Below, piece after piece: positions 29,052 to 39,500 of a DNA stretch of 64,000 nucleotides (positions are counted from its first letter, which is position 1; the number at the start of each line of letters is the position of its first letter). Where the stretch lies: positions 10,221-74,220 of the forward strand of contig CAMCSM010000001.1 in NCBI GenBank assembly GCA_945877805.1. Direction: 5' to 3'. The translations under genes and the position numbers were made by a program. The notes beneath the pieces were generated by a model that was not told the origin of the DNA, did not search any database, and saw nothing but the letters and a program-made list of their open reading frames with translations. Source of the stretch: Methylacidiphilum caldifontis (GTDB taxonomy: Bacteria > Verrucomicrobiota > Verrucomicrobiia > Methylacidiphilales > CAMAQI01).

Positions 29052-30392
29052 TTAGCTGCGAGGCAGATCGTTCCGAGACTTTGAGAGGCACTCCGGATTC
29101 GGTGTAACGGGATGCGTTCCCTTCCATTCCGTAACCATTTTTTTGAGCCTCTCTGAAAGGGCACGGTTTTTATTGGCAACATTGCTTGTTTCATTTGGGT
29201 CCACAACAATGTCAAAGAGCTCGTCCGGTTCTTGATTATTTCCTGTCACATACTTCCATTGCCCATCACGAACCGCATATTGACCTCCGCCATACCAAAA
29301 GAGCGGCTTCGTTCTCGGCTTTGGATTTCCAAATAAAACATCGAGGCGACTCTCTCCATCTCCAAAATAATCCGAAGGAATCTGAATGCCAACGGCTTTA
29401 CAAACCGTGGGGAGATAATCCACCGCGGCCATCACACTCTCTTGATCAACCTTTCCCTCTGGGATATGGCCGGGCCACCGGGCAATAAAGGGCTGATGAA
29501 TTCCCCCTTCATACACTTGCCCTTTCCAACCCCGACGTCCTCCTGTGGAGCCTGCATTAAATCGCTCTCCATTTTTATCTTCTGGATCGTTTTTTGCCTT
29601 TGCCGGTCCGTTGTCACTTGAGAAAATAATGAGGGTATTGCCTTCAATTCTGCCTTCTTTAAGCGCCTCTAAAATTTGACCGATTCCACGATCAAGATCT
29701 GCGACTGAAGCTGCATATTTCTGTATCATCGGGTCTAATCCACTCGCTGCGTTCAGGGATTCCTTTGAAGGGAGATAGGGAACATGCGTTTCATGTAAGG
29801 TCACGGTTAGATAAAAAGGTCGATGCTTGTTATCTCGGATAAATTTCGTCGCCGTTGGATAAACTTGGTGGTTAAAGTCTTTATCTAAATCTGCCTCCCA
29901 TGGTCCACGCATCAGATGCCATTCATCAAATCCAAAGTCAGAGGGTTTAGGCGCATCCAGCATTCGTCCTTTAAATTCCTCTACCAAATGCCATTTACCA
30001 CAAATTCCTGTGTAATACCCCGCTTCCTTGAATATTCGAGCAACGGATGGAGCTTTGGGGTCAAGCCAATCGGACTGATTTCCCTTAATATTCGTCTCTA
30101 GGTAAAACGGACTATGGATTCCGTAGCGCATCGGAAATTGTCCTGTCAAGAAACCGGCTCGACTGGGCGAACAAATGGAAGCGGCTACATAAAACTGGTG
30201 AATATCAATTCCCTGACTGGCAAGTTTATCCAAATGGGGGGTTTTAAAATAGGGGTGACCATGAGAACTTAAATCTCCCCAGCCCATATCATCGGCCAAA
30301 ATAAAAATGACATTCGGCTTTTGAAATGAGGCTTCTACGACGCTTAAGAAACCCCAAAGGAGGAAAATAATTAAAAAATGTATCCTCATCAT
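29052..30392 (-). CDS. sulfatase (formylglycine-dependent, arylsulfatase A family)
   Basis: 446 aa with a signal peptide, NVIFILADDMGWGDL and the CSPSR formylglycine motif. Confidence 0.9.
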   Translation of the reverse strand: MMRIHFLIIFLLWGFLSVVEASFQKPNVIFILADDMGWGDLSSHGHPYFKTPHLDKLASQGIDIHQFYVAASICSPSRAGFLTGQFPMRYGIHSPFYLETNIKGNQSDWLDPKAPSVARIFKEAGYYTGICGKWHLVEEFKGRMLDAPKPSDFGFDEWHLMRGPWEADLDKDFNHQVYPTATKFIRDNKHRPFYLTVTLHETHVPYLPSKESLNAASGLDPMIQKYAASVADLDRGIGQILEALKEGRIEGNTLIIFSSDNGPAKAKNDPEDKNGERFNAGSTGGRRGWKGQVYEGGIHQPFIARWPGHIPEGKVDQESVMAAVDYLPTVCKAVGIQIPSDYFGDGESRLDVLFGNPKPRTKPLFWYGGGQYAVRDGQWKYVTGNNQEPDELFDIVVDPNETSNVANKNRALSERLKKMVTEWKGTHPVTPNPECLSKSRNDLPRS

Positions 30393-30393
30393 C

Positions 30394-33300
30394 TTATCTC
30401 TCCGTCACGACTCGTATCGCACCAACACAGAACCGTTCGTCCGCCGAGTTCACCCTCAAGACGGCCTTCAGATAAAAACGGCTTTTTCCTTGAACGTGAG
30501 GTGTTAGATCCAGAAACTGCCAAGGTAACCTCATGACCTTGCTATCAATACTCTGGGGATAGGCATTTTGCCAACTATTGTCAAAAACGCCTGCCCGTCT
30601 CCAACTCTTCTGATCCTCGCTCACCCAAAACTCAACCGAACTCGAATCTTCAAAGGCTCTTGCGGTAAACTCGACGACCGTTGTTTTTAACGGTTGTTCA
30701 GATAAGACCTGATAACAAATGAATCCAGGATTAAAATACTCCGTCGGCCTCAAAAGATTCATCACAATTTTATGGAGATAATTCGGCTCTGGTTTGTGCG
30801 GCTTGACGATTACTCCTTGATAAGTGGAAGCTGATTTTTTCCAATCATCTACTTGACTCATCTCGACATAGTTTTGATCCAAAAGAACCTTCCACGGTTG
30901 ATGAATCCGGATGATGCGCGGCTTTCCTCCTTTTTCCGCGTAAGGAGAGTAATCGATTTCAATCTCCTGACCCGGTTTAAAAGCCTCGATGAACATTTTG
31001 GACTCATAGTTTCGATAGGGTCCGTGCATCGCCACCGTGTCGATCACCGCATTGACATCAAACTCAAATCGCTTTCCGTTTTCGAGTTCGATGGCTCCAT
31101 TGCTGTAAGGGGGCATGACGGAAACGGGATCAACGGCTTTTATTTTTCCTTTTGCATAGCCGTAGAGGGCTTCGATCGAGACCACCTCGCCCTGATCATT
31201 TAAATCAAGCATCACCCGATCCTCTTTTTGAGGCCACTCGGAAGATTCACCTGGCTTTATTTCTCCCTCCGCTTGACGGGTCACTTTGACGGATGCGGAT
31301 AGGAAAAGAGTCATATTCTCTTCAAAGTTCATCCACTCCAAATTCTGTGTATCGACCCGAATTTTCTTGCGATCCCCCTCTAAAAATCGGGCGCTGAATT
31401 GACGCGGGAGCACCGGCTTCACGGGCCCCGTTTTTTCCGCATGGAATGGAACAACCGCTTTTCCTTCTTTGATATCGATTTCGCTTTGATTCGGATCCTT
31501 GGAGAAGAGGGCTTGAATTCTCTCCATGAATCCCCGTGATCCCTGAGATTTTGGCTCAATTTGGAGAGCGTATCGATTTTGCCCGGTCTCCCTCACGGTC
31601 GCCGTTTTCGCAACGTCGCCCACTTCCACGATCAGCTCTCCCTTTTGAAATTCCTTCTCCGGAGTCAATTCCAGTTCGAATTCATTTTTATTCAATTTCA
31701 GGATTGTCGCCAGAATCACTTCATTCGGATCCGCAAGTCTGACCTCGATCGGATATTTTCCAAGCTTCCCATGACTTCGAATCGCATAGCGGGCGGGAAG
31801 CACCTGCGAAAGTTCGCCATTTAAAAGATTTTGAACCGAGCGATAACGGGCTTCGGCATAAAGTTCCCCGGCCTTGCTCAAAATGTCTCGATCTCCCCCT
31901 TGCTCCTCGTATCTCTGAAGCAATCTCTTTGCGACCGAGCGATCCTGCACCCAAAGTTCCAAGGTTCGGTTCTCTTTCATCGTCCAAGGGCTACCCTGAA
32001 GATGACCGCTTTTCTTTTCCCATTCGCCTCCGATCTGGCAACTCAACAAAAACGTCGCATCCGTTGCCCCCTTGGCATGGAGAGCTAATTTTACGAAACA
32101 TTTCTTCTTTCCAACCATCGACTTTCCGAGACTACATTTATTCTTACTGGTCATGAAATGAGTCCAGTGATCGGGACAAGGCAACTCCTTTTCCGTCAAT
32201 TGTGAAACTTTTTTCATCGTTTCCGCCGTATCCCCTACCCAGACTTCGATTCGATTTTCTTTTCCGGGGGAGATACGACCATCGAGTTCCATCACCAGCT
32301 CAGAAGAAAAAGCCTCTCCGCCATTTTCTACGACATAAATCACCTCCCCGGGCTGGGAAAGATCGGTCACCGACAAACGGGAGCAGGATTGGGAATCGGC
32401 ATTATCCAAAACACGGGATTGCACTTCGATATTGCGATGAGAAATCACTTCATCGGGGGAACCTAAACTTCCCCTTAAGCGGTATGGCGCTTCAAAAAAA
32501 TAAGGGGAATAATGCTCAGGAGCAAACATCGGCATCGACTCAAATCCATCGGCTTTTCGAATAAAGGGGGTATCTGTCTCTAATTCGTTGTAAAGCGTCA
32601 CATATTGAAAACCTGTTGCATAAAGATTACGCAGGGGGGTGTAATCCTCTTTCAGGATTGTTGCCTCCAAATTGACGTGAGCTAGCTTTCCATTAGCCCT
32701 GAGGTAGTCGTAGTAAGTATACCCCGTCCAAAAAAGCTCCCCGCTACTCCAAAGTCCCTTCACCATCCCCGATTGACCTCCGAACCATCGGGAGTCCTTC
32801 ATCGGCCCCTCTGTCTTAAAGTAAGTCTGGGCATAGAGGTTTTCGGTCATTGGATCGGTGGGCAACCGCACCTCCCCGCGATCGACAATCACATAATTAC
32901 GGCCCACCGCCTTCACTGTTTCTTCTGCATAACCTTTCCAAAGGCAAACTCCGTCCTGGAAAACCCAAGCCTGCTCCTCGGAACTTAATCCATCCGAATA
33001 GTTGAGTATCACTCCCTCTTTTTTTGCCTCTGCCATCGTCGCCGCAGTGACCTCCCCAAGCGGAGGACCCATCTCCCGGACAAAGATCGCCTCACCCCTC
33101 ATTCCCCGTGCCTGATCAAATGCGATTTTTTCCGGAACATCGCGCATGACCTCAAAAAAACGCTTCCGCATTTGTTCATTCATGTAAGGATCACGAAACG
33201 TCGACCAAATGGAACTGCTCCACATATTCGGCCATGAGGGACGATAAGCTTTCCTCTGCGAGTCGTAGGAGACCTGACTGTAGCGGCTATCACAGAAGTA

Positions 33301-34110
33301 GCCCCCGAGACCATCCGGACCCTTGGGCGCTCCGCCCCAAGTCGCCCCGTTGATGACAATTTGGACCGGAGCCCCCGCTTGGTCCGCTTGGTCGATTGAC
33401 TTTAAAATATCAGCCCTTGTCTTTTCGAACGGTTTATTTTGATAGTTCGTCAAAAGCATCGTTCCCAAGGGAGAAAAACAGCTCATCGGTTTTTCATCCG
33501 GGGAGGGTTTTTTAAATTTCCCATTCAATCCCATTGGACGATAAACCGACTCAACGGCATCCACAGTCTTGAAAAAATCGGCATAAAGCCAGACTTGCCC
33601 GATTGAAAAAGGGGCACTTCCCCGGCTTTGAAGGGAGACCTCCATGCTTTTCCTTTTTTTTGCCACATCGGCTGGAACCGAGACAAAATAATGATTCGGT
33701 CCCGCTCCTAATTCCTGATAGGTTCTAAAATAGAGCTCCACCCCGTTGACAAAAAGGGAGTAGCCGTGAGCTTGAGGACGACGATCATGAATCTCCTGAA
33801 TTTCGAGAATAAACGACCCTTCATATCCCCCCTTGTCCATTTGAAATTCAAGCTTTGAACCTGTTCCCTTCAGGGTTCGTACAGGGGATTCCTCCTTCAA
33901 TCCTCCCATAACCGTCTTCAACAACTCCATCCCCGCATTTCCTTGTAACTGAACCCGGTGAGCTCGCTCACTCTGTTCATTTCCACAAAGGAGGTGATCG
34001 GCAAAAAGAGCCTCCCCGAAAACCCGTCGATCAAAAAGGAATGCGATTAAAAAAATAAGGAGTGGGATCAAAAGGTTTTTTTTCATATTTTTTATAAAGT
34101 CAAGATGCAT
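30394..34110 (-). CDS. giant secreted uncharacterised protein, paralog A (putative glycan-active enzyme)
   Basis: 1238 aa with a signal peptide. It is colinear with the 1093-aa ORF at 36556..39837 (shared blocks EIHxRR, VNGxExYFRxYxExGAGPNHYFV, PxGPDGLGGYFxD, LPARxAIRxxGKLGxYPI) and carries an extra C-terminal discoidin-like domain. Ends 1 nt before the sulfatase gene. Confidence 0.7.
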   Translation of the reverse strand: MHLDFIKNMKKNLLIPLLIFLIAFLFDRRVFGEALFADHLLCGNEQSERAHRVQLQGNAGMELLKTVMGGLKEESPVRTLKGTGSKLEFQMDKGGYEGSFILEIQEIHDRRPQAHGYSLFVNGVELYFRTYQELGAGPNHYFVSVPADVAKKRKSMEVSLQSRGSAPFSIGQVWLYADFFKTVDAVESVYRPMGLNGKFKKPSPDEKPMSCFSPLGTMLLTNYQNKPFEKTRADILKSIDQADQAGAPVQIVINGATWGGAPKGPDGLGGYFCDSRYSQVSYDSQRKAYRPSWPNMWSSSIWSTFRDPYMNEQMRKRFFEVMRDVPEKIAFDQARGMRGEAIFVREMGPPLGEVTAATMAEAKKEGVILNYSDGLSSEEQAWVFQDGVCLWKGYAEETVKAVGRNYVIVDRGEVRLPTDPMTENLYAQTYFKTEGPMKDSRWFGGQSGMVKGLWSSGELFWTGYTYYDYLRANGKLAHVNLEATILKEDYTPLRNLYATGFQYVTLYNELETDTPFIRKADGFESMPMFAPEHYSPYFFEAPYRLRGSLGSPDEVISHRNIEVQSRVLDNADSQSCSRLSVTDLSQPGEVIYVVENGGEAFSSELVMELDGRISPGKENRIEVWVGDTAETMKKVSQLTEKELPCPDHWTHFMTSKNKCSLGKSMVGKKKCFVKLALHAKGATDATFLLSCQIGGEWEKKSGHLQGSPWTMKENRTLELWVQDRSVAKRLLQRYEEQGGDRDILSKAGELYAEARYRSVQNLLNGELSQVLPARYAIRSHGKLGKYPIEVRLADPNEVILATILKLNKNEFELELTPEKEFQKGELIVEVGDVAKTATVRETGQNRYALQIEPKSQGSRGFMERIQALFSKDPNQSEIDIKEGKAVVPFHAEKTGPVKPVLPRQFSARFLEGDRKKIRVDTQNLEWMNFEENMTLFLSASVKVTRQAEGEIKPGESSEWPQKEDRVMLDLNDQGEVVSIEALYGYAKGKIKAVDPVSVMPPYSNGAIELENGKRFEFDVNAVIDTVAMHGPYRNYESKMFIEAFKPGQEIEIDYSPYAEKGGKPRIIRIHQPWKVLLDQNYVEMSQVDDWKKSASTYQGVIVKPHKPEPNYLHKIVMNLLRPTEYFNPGFICYQVLSEQPLKTTVVEFTARAFEDSSSVEFWVSEDQKSWRRAGVFDNSWQNAYPQSIDSKVMRLPWQFLDLTPHVQGKSRFYLKAVLRVNSADERFCVGAIRVVTER

Positions 34111-34174
34111 TGCTCATTTGAAATCCATATCGACGCAACGTTTTCGATGATTGTCACTGTAGATTAAAACCTAC

Positions 34175-34192
34175 AATACAATCGATTGTATT
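34175..34192. promoter_or_regulatory. candidate operator, perfect 18-bp palindrome aatacaatcgattgtatt (site 3)
   Basis: TACAA-TCGA-TTGTA with a central CG, about 65 nt upstream of the paralog A start codon. Confidence 0.6.
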
Positions 34193-34583
34193 TCAAGTGA
34201 AATGTGAATTCAGCCATCTTTTCCGAAAACCTTCGATCATTATTCGAGAAAATCGTGATTCTCGGATAAATAACAGACACAATTAGTTTAAATAATGAAC
34301 CTAATATCTCTTAGTGAAGTAAAGTCCAAGAGATTATGAAAAAATCATTTTTTGTATCGATAGGGAGGATGGGGAGGATAAATTCAAAAACAATTTTCTT
34401 TGGTCTTTATCCTGAAAATCCTCTCTATCGATGCAAAATTTTCCTGCCATGATAACTCATCCATTATGCAAGAATCAGAGGGTTACTCTCCAACTCCATG
34501 ATGACTCCGCCGAGTCCCCTCGGCTGCGGGTTGCGTCCCAGCCCCGATCCTTTTTCGGGGCTGCAATCTCTTCTCCCGCTGCT

Positions 34584-34605
34584 GCGCATAGGCGTCAACT
34601 TAAGG
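34584..34605. repeat. dispersed repeat copy (inverted cttaagttgacgcc core), preceded by a hairpin cluster at 34500-34585
   Basis: gcgcataggcgtcaacttaagg. Upstream of it are ctccgccgagtcccctcgg... and the 9-bp-stem hairpin cagccccga/tcggggctg. Confidence 0.65.
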
Positions 34606-34669
34606 GAAGAGAAAAGACTTCGTTTCAGCTCCTAAGCTTTCGTCTCAGGGAGCTGAACAGTAACTAATA

Positions 34670-35347
34670 TTATATGATTTCTTTTTTACGAGTGCTCGAT
34701 TTAAAGACCACAAACAACAGAGCACTTAGCCCTAAAAATAGATAGGTCGAAGGCTCAGGAACCGGGCTCACACTAAAGGCATCTAATTCAATCACAGTAG
34801 CCCCAAAAGAATCAGCACTATTCAGATTTAATCTAAAATATTGGGCGGTTGTATAAGCATTGAAAGTGTCAGTTATAGTAATTTGAAAATTTCCATATGT
34901 CCCGGAGTAATCAGGATTAATTGTCGAGGTGGAGACGATGTTGGAGTTTGTAAAACTTCCAGGACTAGAGCTCGCAAATAGAGTATATCTTGAGATCGAA
35001 CGGTATGAAGTTGCGGGATCAGCAGTACCTTCTTCACGAACAAAAAGTCTAATTTGACTAAAAGTAATTGGTGCGGAGGTATTAAATTCAATAAAATGAA
35101 CAGGAACGGTTGATACACCCCCATTAAAATACGTGATTCCGCTCCCAAAGTTTCCTGTGCCCCCAAAAATACCACTAGGGGTCGTATCGTCAGCAGTTGG
35201 TGTCGCCAATCTTGAACTAGAGGCTGTGACCGTGGCATTTTGAAATAAATCGGTCGTACTTTGTACTCCGCCTGCTGTAATAATTTGAGCGTTACTCATT
35301 GAAATGAATGCCAACCCAGAGAGGGCGATGATTAATATTTTTTTCAT
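34670..35347 (-). CDS. PEP-CTERM sorting-domain protein
   Basis: 225 aa with a signal peptide and a Thr/Ser-rich body. The C-terminus VPEPSTYLFLGLSALLFVVFKSSTRKK shows the PEP motif, a TM helix and a basic tail. Confidence 0.85.
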   Translation of the reverse strand: MKKILIIALSGLAFISMSNAQIITAGGVQSTTDLFQNATVTASSSRLATPTADDTTPSGIFGGTGNFGSGITYFNGGVSTVPVHFIEFNTSAPITFSQIRLFVREEGTADPATSYRSISRYTLFASSSPGSFTNSNIVSTSTINPDYSGTYGNFQITITDTFNAYTTAQYFRLNLNSADSFGATVIELDAFSVSPVPEPSTYLFLGLSALLFVVFKSSTRKKEII

Positions 35348-35654
35348 AAATTAATTTCCTTTTTTATTGAAGTTGAAATTAAACTAACATTAGTTATCAG
35401 TTCCGTCTTCCCCTCCAATCCTGTAAAATGATCTTCCATTGAGTGGAACGACGACAACCTCATCAGCATTGATCATGAGGGAGATTTAAGTTTCCATCTC
35501 ATTTACAGTGGAATAAAAAAATATCTGAGGAAAGCAGGTGACATAAGTCGGGATTCGAAGACTTTCTTGCATTAGGAATCGGTTTGCCTCTTAAAACATA
35601 TTACCAAAATGGTGAAATATAAAAATCCTCAAACATCAATTCATTTTAATGGAA

Positions 35655-36536
35655 TTAATCGTCACTCTTTTTTATGAAAGAAGCGATGCGACTTCTTCGG
35701 ACTTTTCCTGGTGCCATTCCAAAATGATATTTAAAGAGTCGATAAAAATGGGCGACGCTTTTAAAACGAAGTTCTTCAATAATATCAAGGATCGGCTTCT
35801 CCGTCTGTTCCATCATTATTTTCGCGTACAAAATCCGTTTCTTATTGATATAATTCGTCGGTGTCGTGGTCATATACGATTTAAAAATTTGAGAAAATCG
35901 AGAGGGGCTATATCCGGAGATTTTTTGTATTTCCGTGACCTCTTTGAGAAAGAACTCCGGGCTTTCGAGTTTCTCTAAAAGTAAGACCAGCCAGTCCGGA
36001 ATCGCATTTTTTCGTGATCCCATAATAATCGGCATATAAGGGGGAAAATAGGTCTCTATTTTTTCTTCCGGAACGATAATCGTCAGAAGCTCACTGAGGA
36101 TCCGATAAAGTTGTAGTGAGGTATTCGAGATCTCTCTGGCCTGAAGCAATAGATTGGTCAACTGTGTCGCCTGTGCTGCTGAAAACGATAACGCCCTATT
36201 TCGAACCCCCTTGCTTTTTAAGTAGTCCGTCGCCTTCGGCGTAATCCTTGAGAACACAGCATAATATTTTTTTGGAAAAGAAAAATTGAGAATAATTCCA
36301 GATCGCCCTTTAGGGATTGAAAAGCGATGAACATCCTTCGGACAGATCCACCATCCCTCCCCTACTTGCATTTCAACGGTTTTCCCATTGATATGATGAA
36401 GTACCACTCCAGCCTCAATGATAAAAAATTCGTAAAAGTCATGGTCATGCAAAAAGACTTCACTCGGATAGTTCAGCTCCAAACGATGAGACTGAAAGTG
36501 TTGATTGCAGACCTCGTTCCAAAGAATTGTTTTCAT
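35655..36536 (-). CDS. AraC family transcriptional regulator (cupin plus HTH)
   Basis: 293 aa. The N-terminal cupin-like part includes FLHDHDFYEFF. The C-terminal HTH_18 blocks are ISGYSPSRFSQIFK...YINKKRILYAKIMM...VAHFYRLFKYHFGMAPG. Confidence 0.85.
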   Translation of the reverse strand: MKTILWNEVCNQHFQSHRLELNYPSEVFLHDHDFYEFFIIEAGVVLHHINGKTVEMQVGEGWWICPKDVHRFSIPKGRSGIILNFSFPKKYYAVFSRITPKATDYLKSKGVRNRALSFSAAQATQLTNLLLQAREISNTSLQLYRILSELLTIIVPEEKIETYFPPYMPIIMGSRKNAIPDWLVLLLEKLESPEFFLKEVTEIQKISGYSPSRFSQIFKSYMTTTPTNYINKKRILYAKIMMEQTEKPILDIIEELRFKSVAHFYRLFKYHFGMAPGKVRRSRIASFIKKSDD

Positions 36537-36555
36537 TGAAGGAGGGGCTCGGTTC

Positions 36556-39500
36556 TTACTTTGACTGAACCTTTTTTTGACTCAAACTGACCATTCGTGG
36601 AAGCGTTCCGTTCACTCCATAAGGACTGTAAACAATATCAACTTCGGTTCCTGGAGCCAGTGCTGCCATTAACTGCTTTTCTGAATTAATCCGGATAAAT
36701 TCATTCAAGGGAGGAACGTCAATCTTGGTCCGTCCCCACATGCAGGAAAACTCATAGCGATTTCCGCTCTCCAACTCTATGATTCCGTTATGCGTTTTGC
36801 CTTTGACCGCCGCAGGAGTGAAGGATTTAATCTTTCCTCTCTCTTTTCCAGAGATCGAAACGATCGCTTCAGCAATTCCCGAGTCATTCACCAAAAGGTC
36901 CACTTGGTCCCATTTCTCTGGCAACGAACTCGCAATGACGGAGCCCCCTTTCTGACTTCGACTCAATTTAGTCTCTTTATTGATCGGAACAAAAATCGGG
37001 TTTTCCAACCAAAGCCGTGGGTCTTGCGTCTCGATCGTAATTCCTGAGGGATTTCGATCGATACAGAGACCGGAAAACTGTGAAGGAAGATTAACCCTCT
37101 CTTTTTCTTGTGGGCTTCCTTTAATTTCAAAATCTAATTTCCCCTCTTTTGCCACGATCGCCGTTTTTCCCGTCGACGGGAGGAGTTGATATCGATTCAT
37201 CGGAGAGCTTGTCAGCAAATATGTTTGCCCAGACTTCAATCCTTCCACATGCAACTTGCAGAGACTTTCCTTTTCTGTTTTCAGCAAAAACTCAACACCT
37301 TCGCTTCCGACCTTGAGCAAATCAATGACCGCAACCTCCTTTTCATCAGGAAGTTGAATGCTGATCGGATAGAAACCGAGTTTTCCGAACCCGCGAATAG
37401 CAAATCGTGCCGGCAGTTTTTGGGAGATTTCCCCAGAAAGATGTCGATGGGCACTGCGATATTTCCCTTGAGATATTAAGCTGTTTGCTTCTTGGAATGC
37501 AAGATCTGATCCTGATAAGTCGAGGTACCTTCTCTGCAACCTTTCCAGTACTGCGCGCTCCTGAATCCAAAGACTCATGATTCGTTTTTGATAAACGTTA
37601 GTCGATATCTCGCCAAGGGGGCCACTTGTTTTTCCCCAAGGAATCGTCACACGTAGTTTTTCAATCCCAAATTTTTCTTCGTTTTGCGCATTGAGTACCA
37701 ACTTGAGATAAACCTCATTTCCCTCTTTAAAATCATTACCTAAAGAGACTGTTGTCCATGTTTTCCATGGATGCCCATTCTCCCGGAAAAGATCTTTTTT
37801 ACTGATTTTTTTAACCATTTTTAAACTCTCTGGAGTCAAGCCCACCATAACATCAATCGAACTCTTGTTCGGCATATTAACGGTTAAGGTCAGATCGAGA
37901 GAGGAATTAAAAGGGCGATCTTGTTTTAAATGATAAACGACGGATGAGGAAATATTTCTATCTATCGGCCGCATCAATTCTGGATTATAGTTATAGGAAA
38001 CAGAACGCTCGACGTTTTCCTGTGAAAATAGAACTTCCTTAGAACCTAAATCGGAATCACGCCTGAACTGTCGATCAAACAAAAACGGATCCGCATGAAC
38101 GACGGGCCTTGCTACTTTTTGATCCAACGTCTCTCCTTGCGGAAGAAAAAGATCCCCCTCCCCCCATCGCGCATTAATCAAAGTGACACTTTGAAATCCC
38201 CGCTCGTAAAGAATTTGGAGATAGTCCCAGTTGGGCAAACAAGCCCGCTCCAAGTTCGAACAGGCGACTTTCCCTTGGGCCGCCATATATTCGTAATAAG
38301 GCTCAGGAAGCCCTGGGAGCAACTCTCCTGTGGTCCATGAGTTTTCACTCATTCCGTGTTGATAGCCCGCCCACGCATTATCAAAAAAGGGATCAACGGG
38401 ATCCGCCCACACATGAAAATAATTTTGATCGAAAGCTTGCTCTTGGGGAAGTTGGATTGATCCCTTATCGATAATAATTGGATTGCGTCCGACAGATTTA
38501 AAAAATCTCTCTGCGGTCCTCTTCGGCACTTGCACAATATTGCGATAGAGCCAGATTTTTTCCTCCTCATTATATCCATCTTCCGGGGTCAATTTTAATC
38601 CATTCTTCTCGGCGGCTTGCATCGTAAAATCATTGCAATCCTTTTCGACACTGATCCCCCAGTCATGATCGATCAAGGGAATAGGAAACGATTTTCCGTT
38701 CGCTTTATATAAATCACGACGGTCGACAAAATAGCGAACCGCCTGATCGAGGCGATGCTTCAAGTAGAGCATCAATTGGGGATTGTTAAAAGAAGGCCAT
38801 GTCGTTGATCCCGGGGTATTAAGCCACGTGGTACGATAAGATTGAGTCTGAGCGTCAAATGCAATCTTACTATATTTTACATCGGAAAAATAACCTCCTA
38901 ATCCATCAGGACCGTTGGGATGAGTCCCCCACTCCCCTGCAGAGAAGTTGATTTGCGATTCAAGAGGAAGATTATATTGAGAAAGTCTTTCAAAATATTG
39001 ATCTATTTTCTTTTCTATCTCAATTTCAGAGTGAATCGCGTATGGTATATCAAGCATGAATCCCTGAGAAAAAACGGTTTTGGAAAATCGATCCTCCATC
39101 TCTTTCCAATAGTCAATATCCTGCCTTATTTCCGGCTTCTTAATTCTCTCCGCCCAAGAGATTGTTTTATTATTCTTTTGTTTGTCATCTTGATTTCGAA
39201 GAATAAAAGCCTCTTCAATAACTGACATTTTTTTAGTGACCCCTTCTTTTTGAGCGAGAGTGAAGAAATCTTCATAAAGCCAGACCCTCGCCAAGCTAAA
39301 TGATTCCTCTCCCTCATTTCGAAAAGTGACTTTGATGGAGCTGGAAGTGAGATTCTCTTTGGGAATTGGAACAAAGTAATGATTGGGACCCGCTCCCATC
39401 TCTTCATAACTACGGAAATAAACCTCCTGACCGTTCACTAAAACGGTATACCCAAAAACTTGTTTTCGTCGTTGATGAATCTCCTCCACCTCCATCATCA

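Noticed and set aside
34431-34667. 78-aa plus-strand ORF between the PEP-CTERM gene and paralog A
   Set aside because: It is composed almost entirely of the dispersed repeat and hairpin sequences (34500-34625), so it is better explained as repeat DNA.
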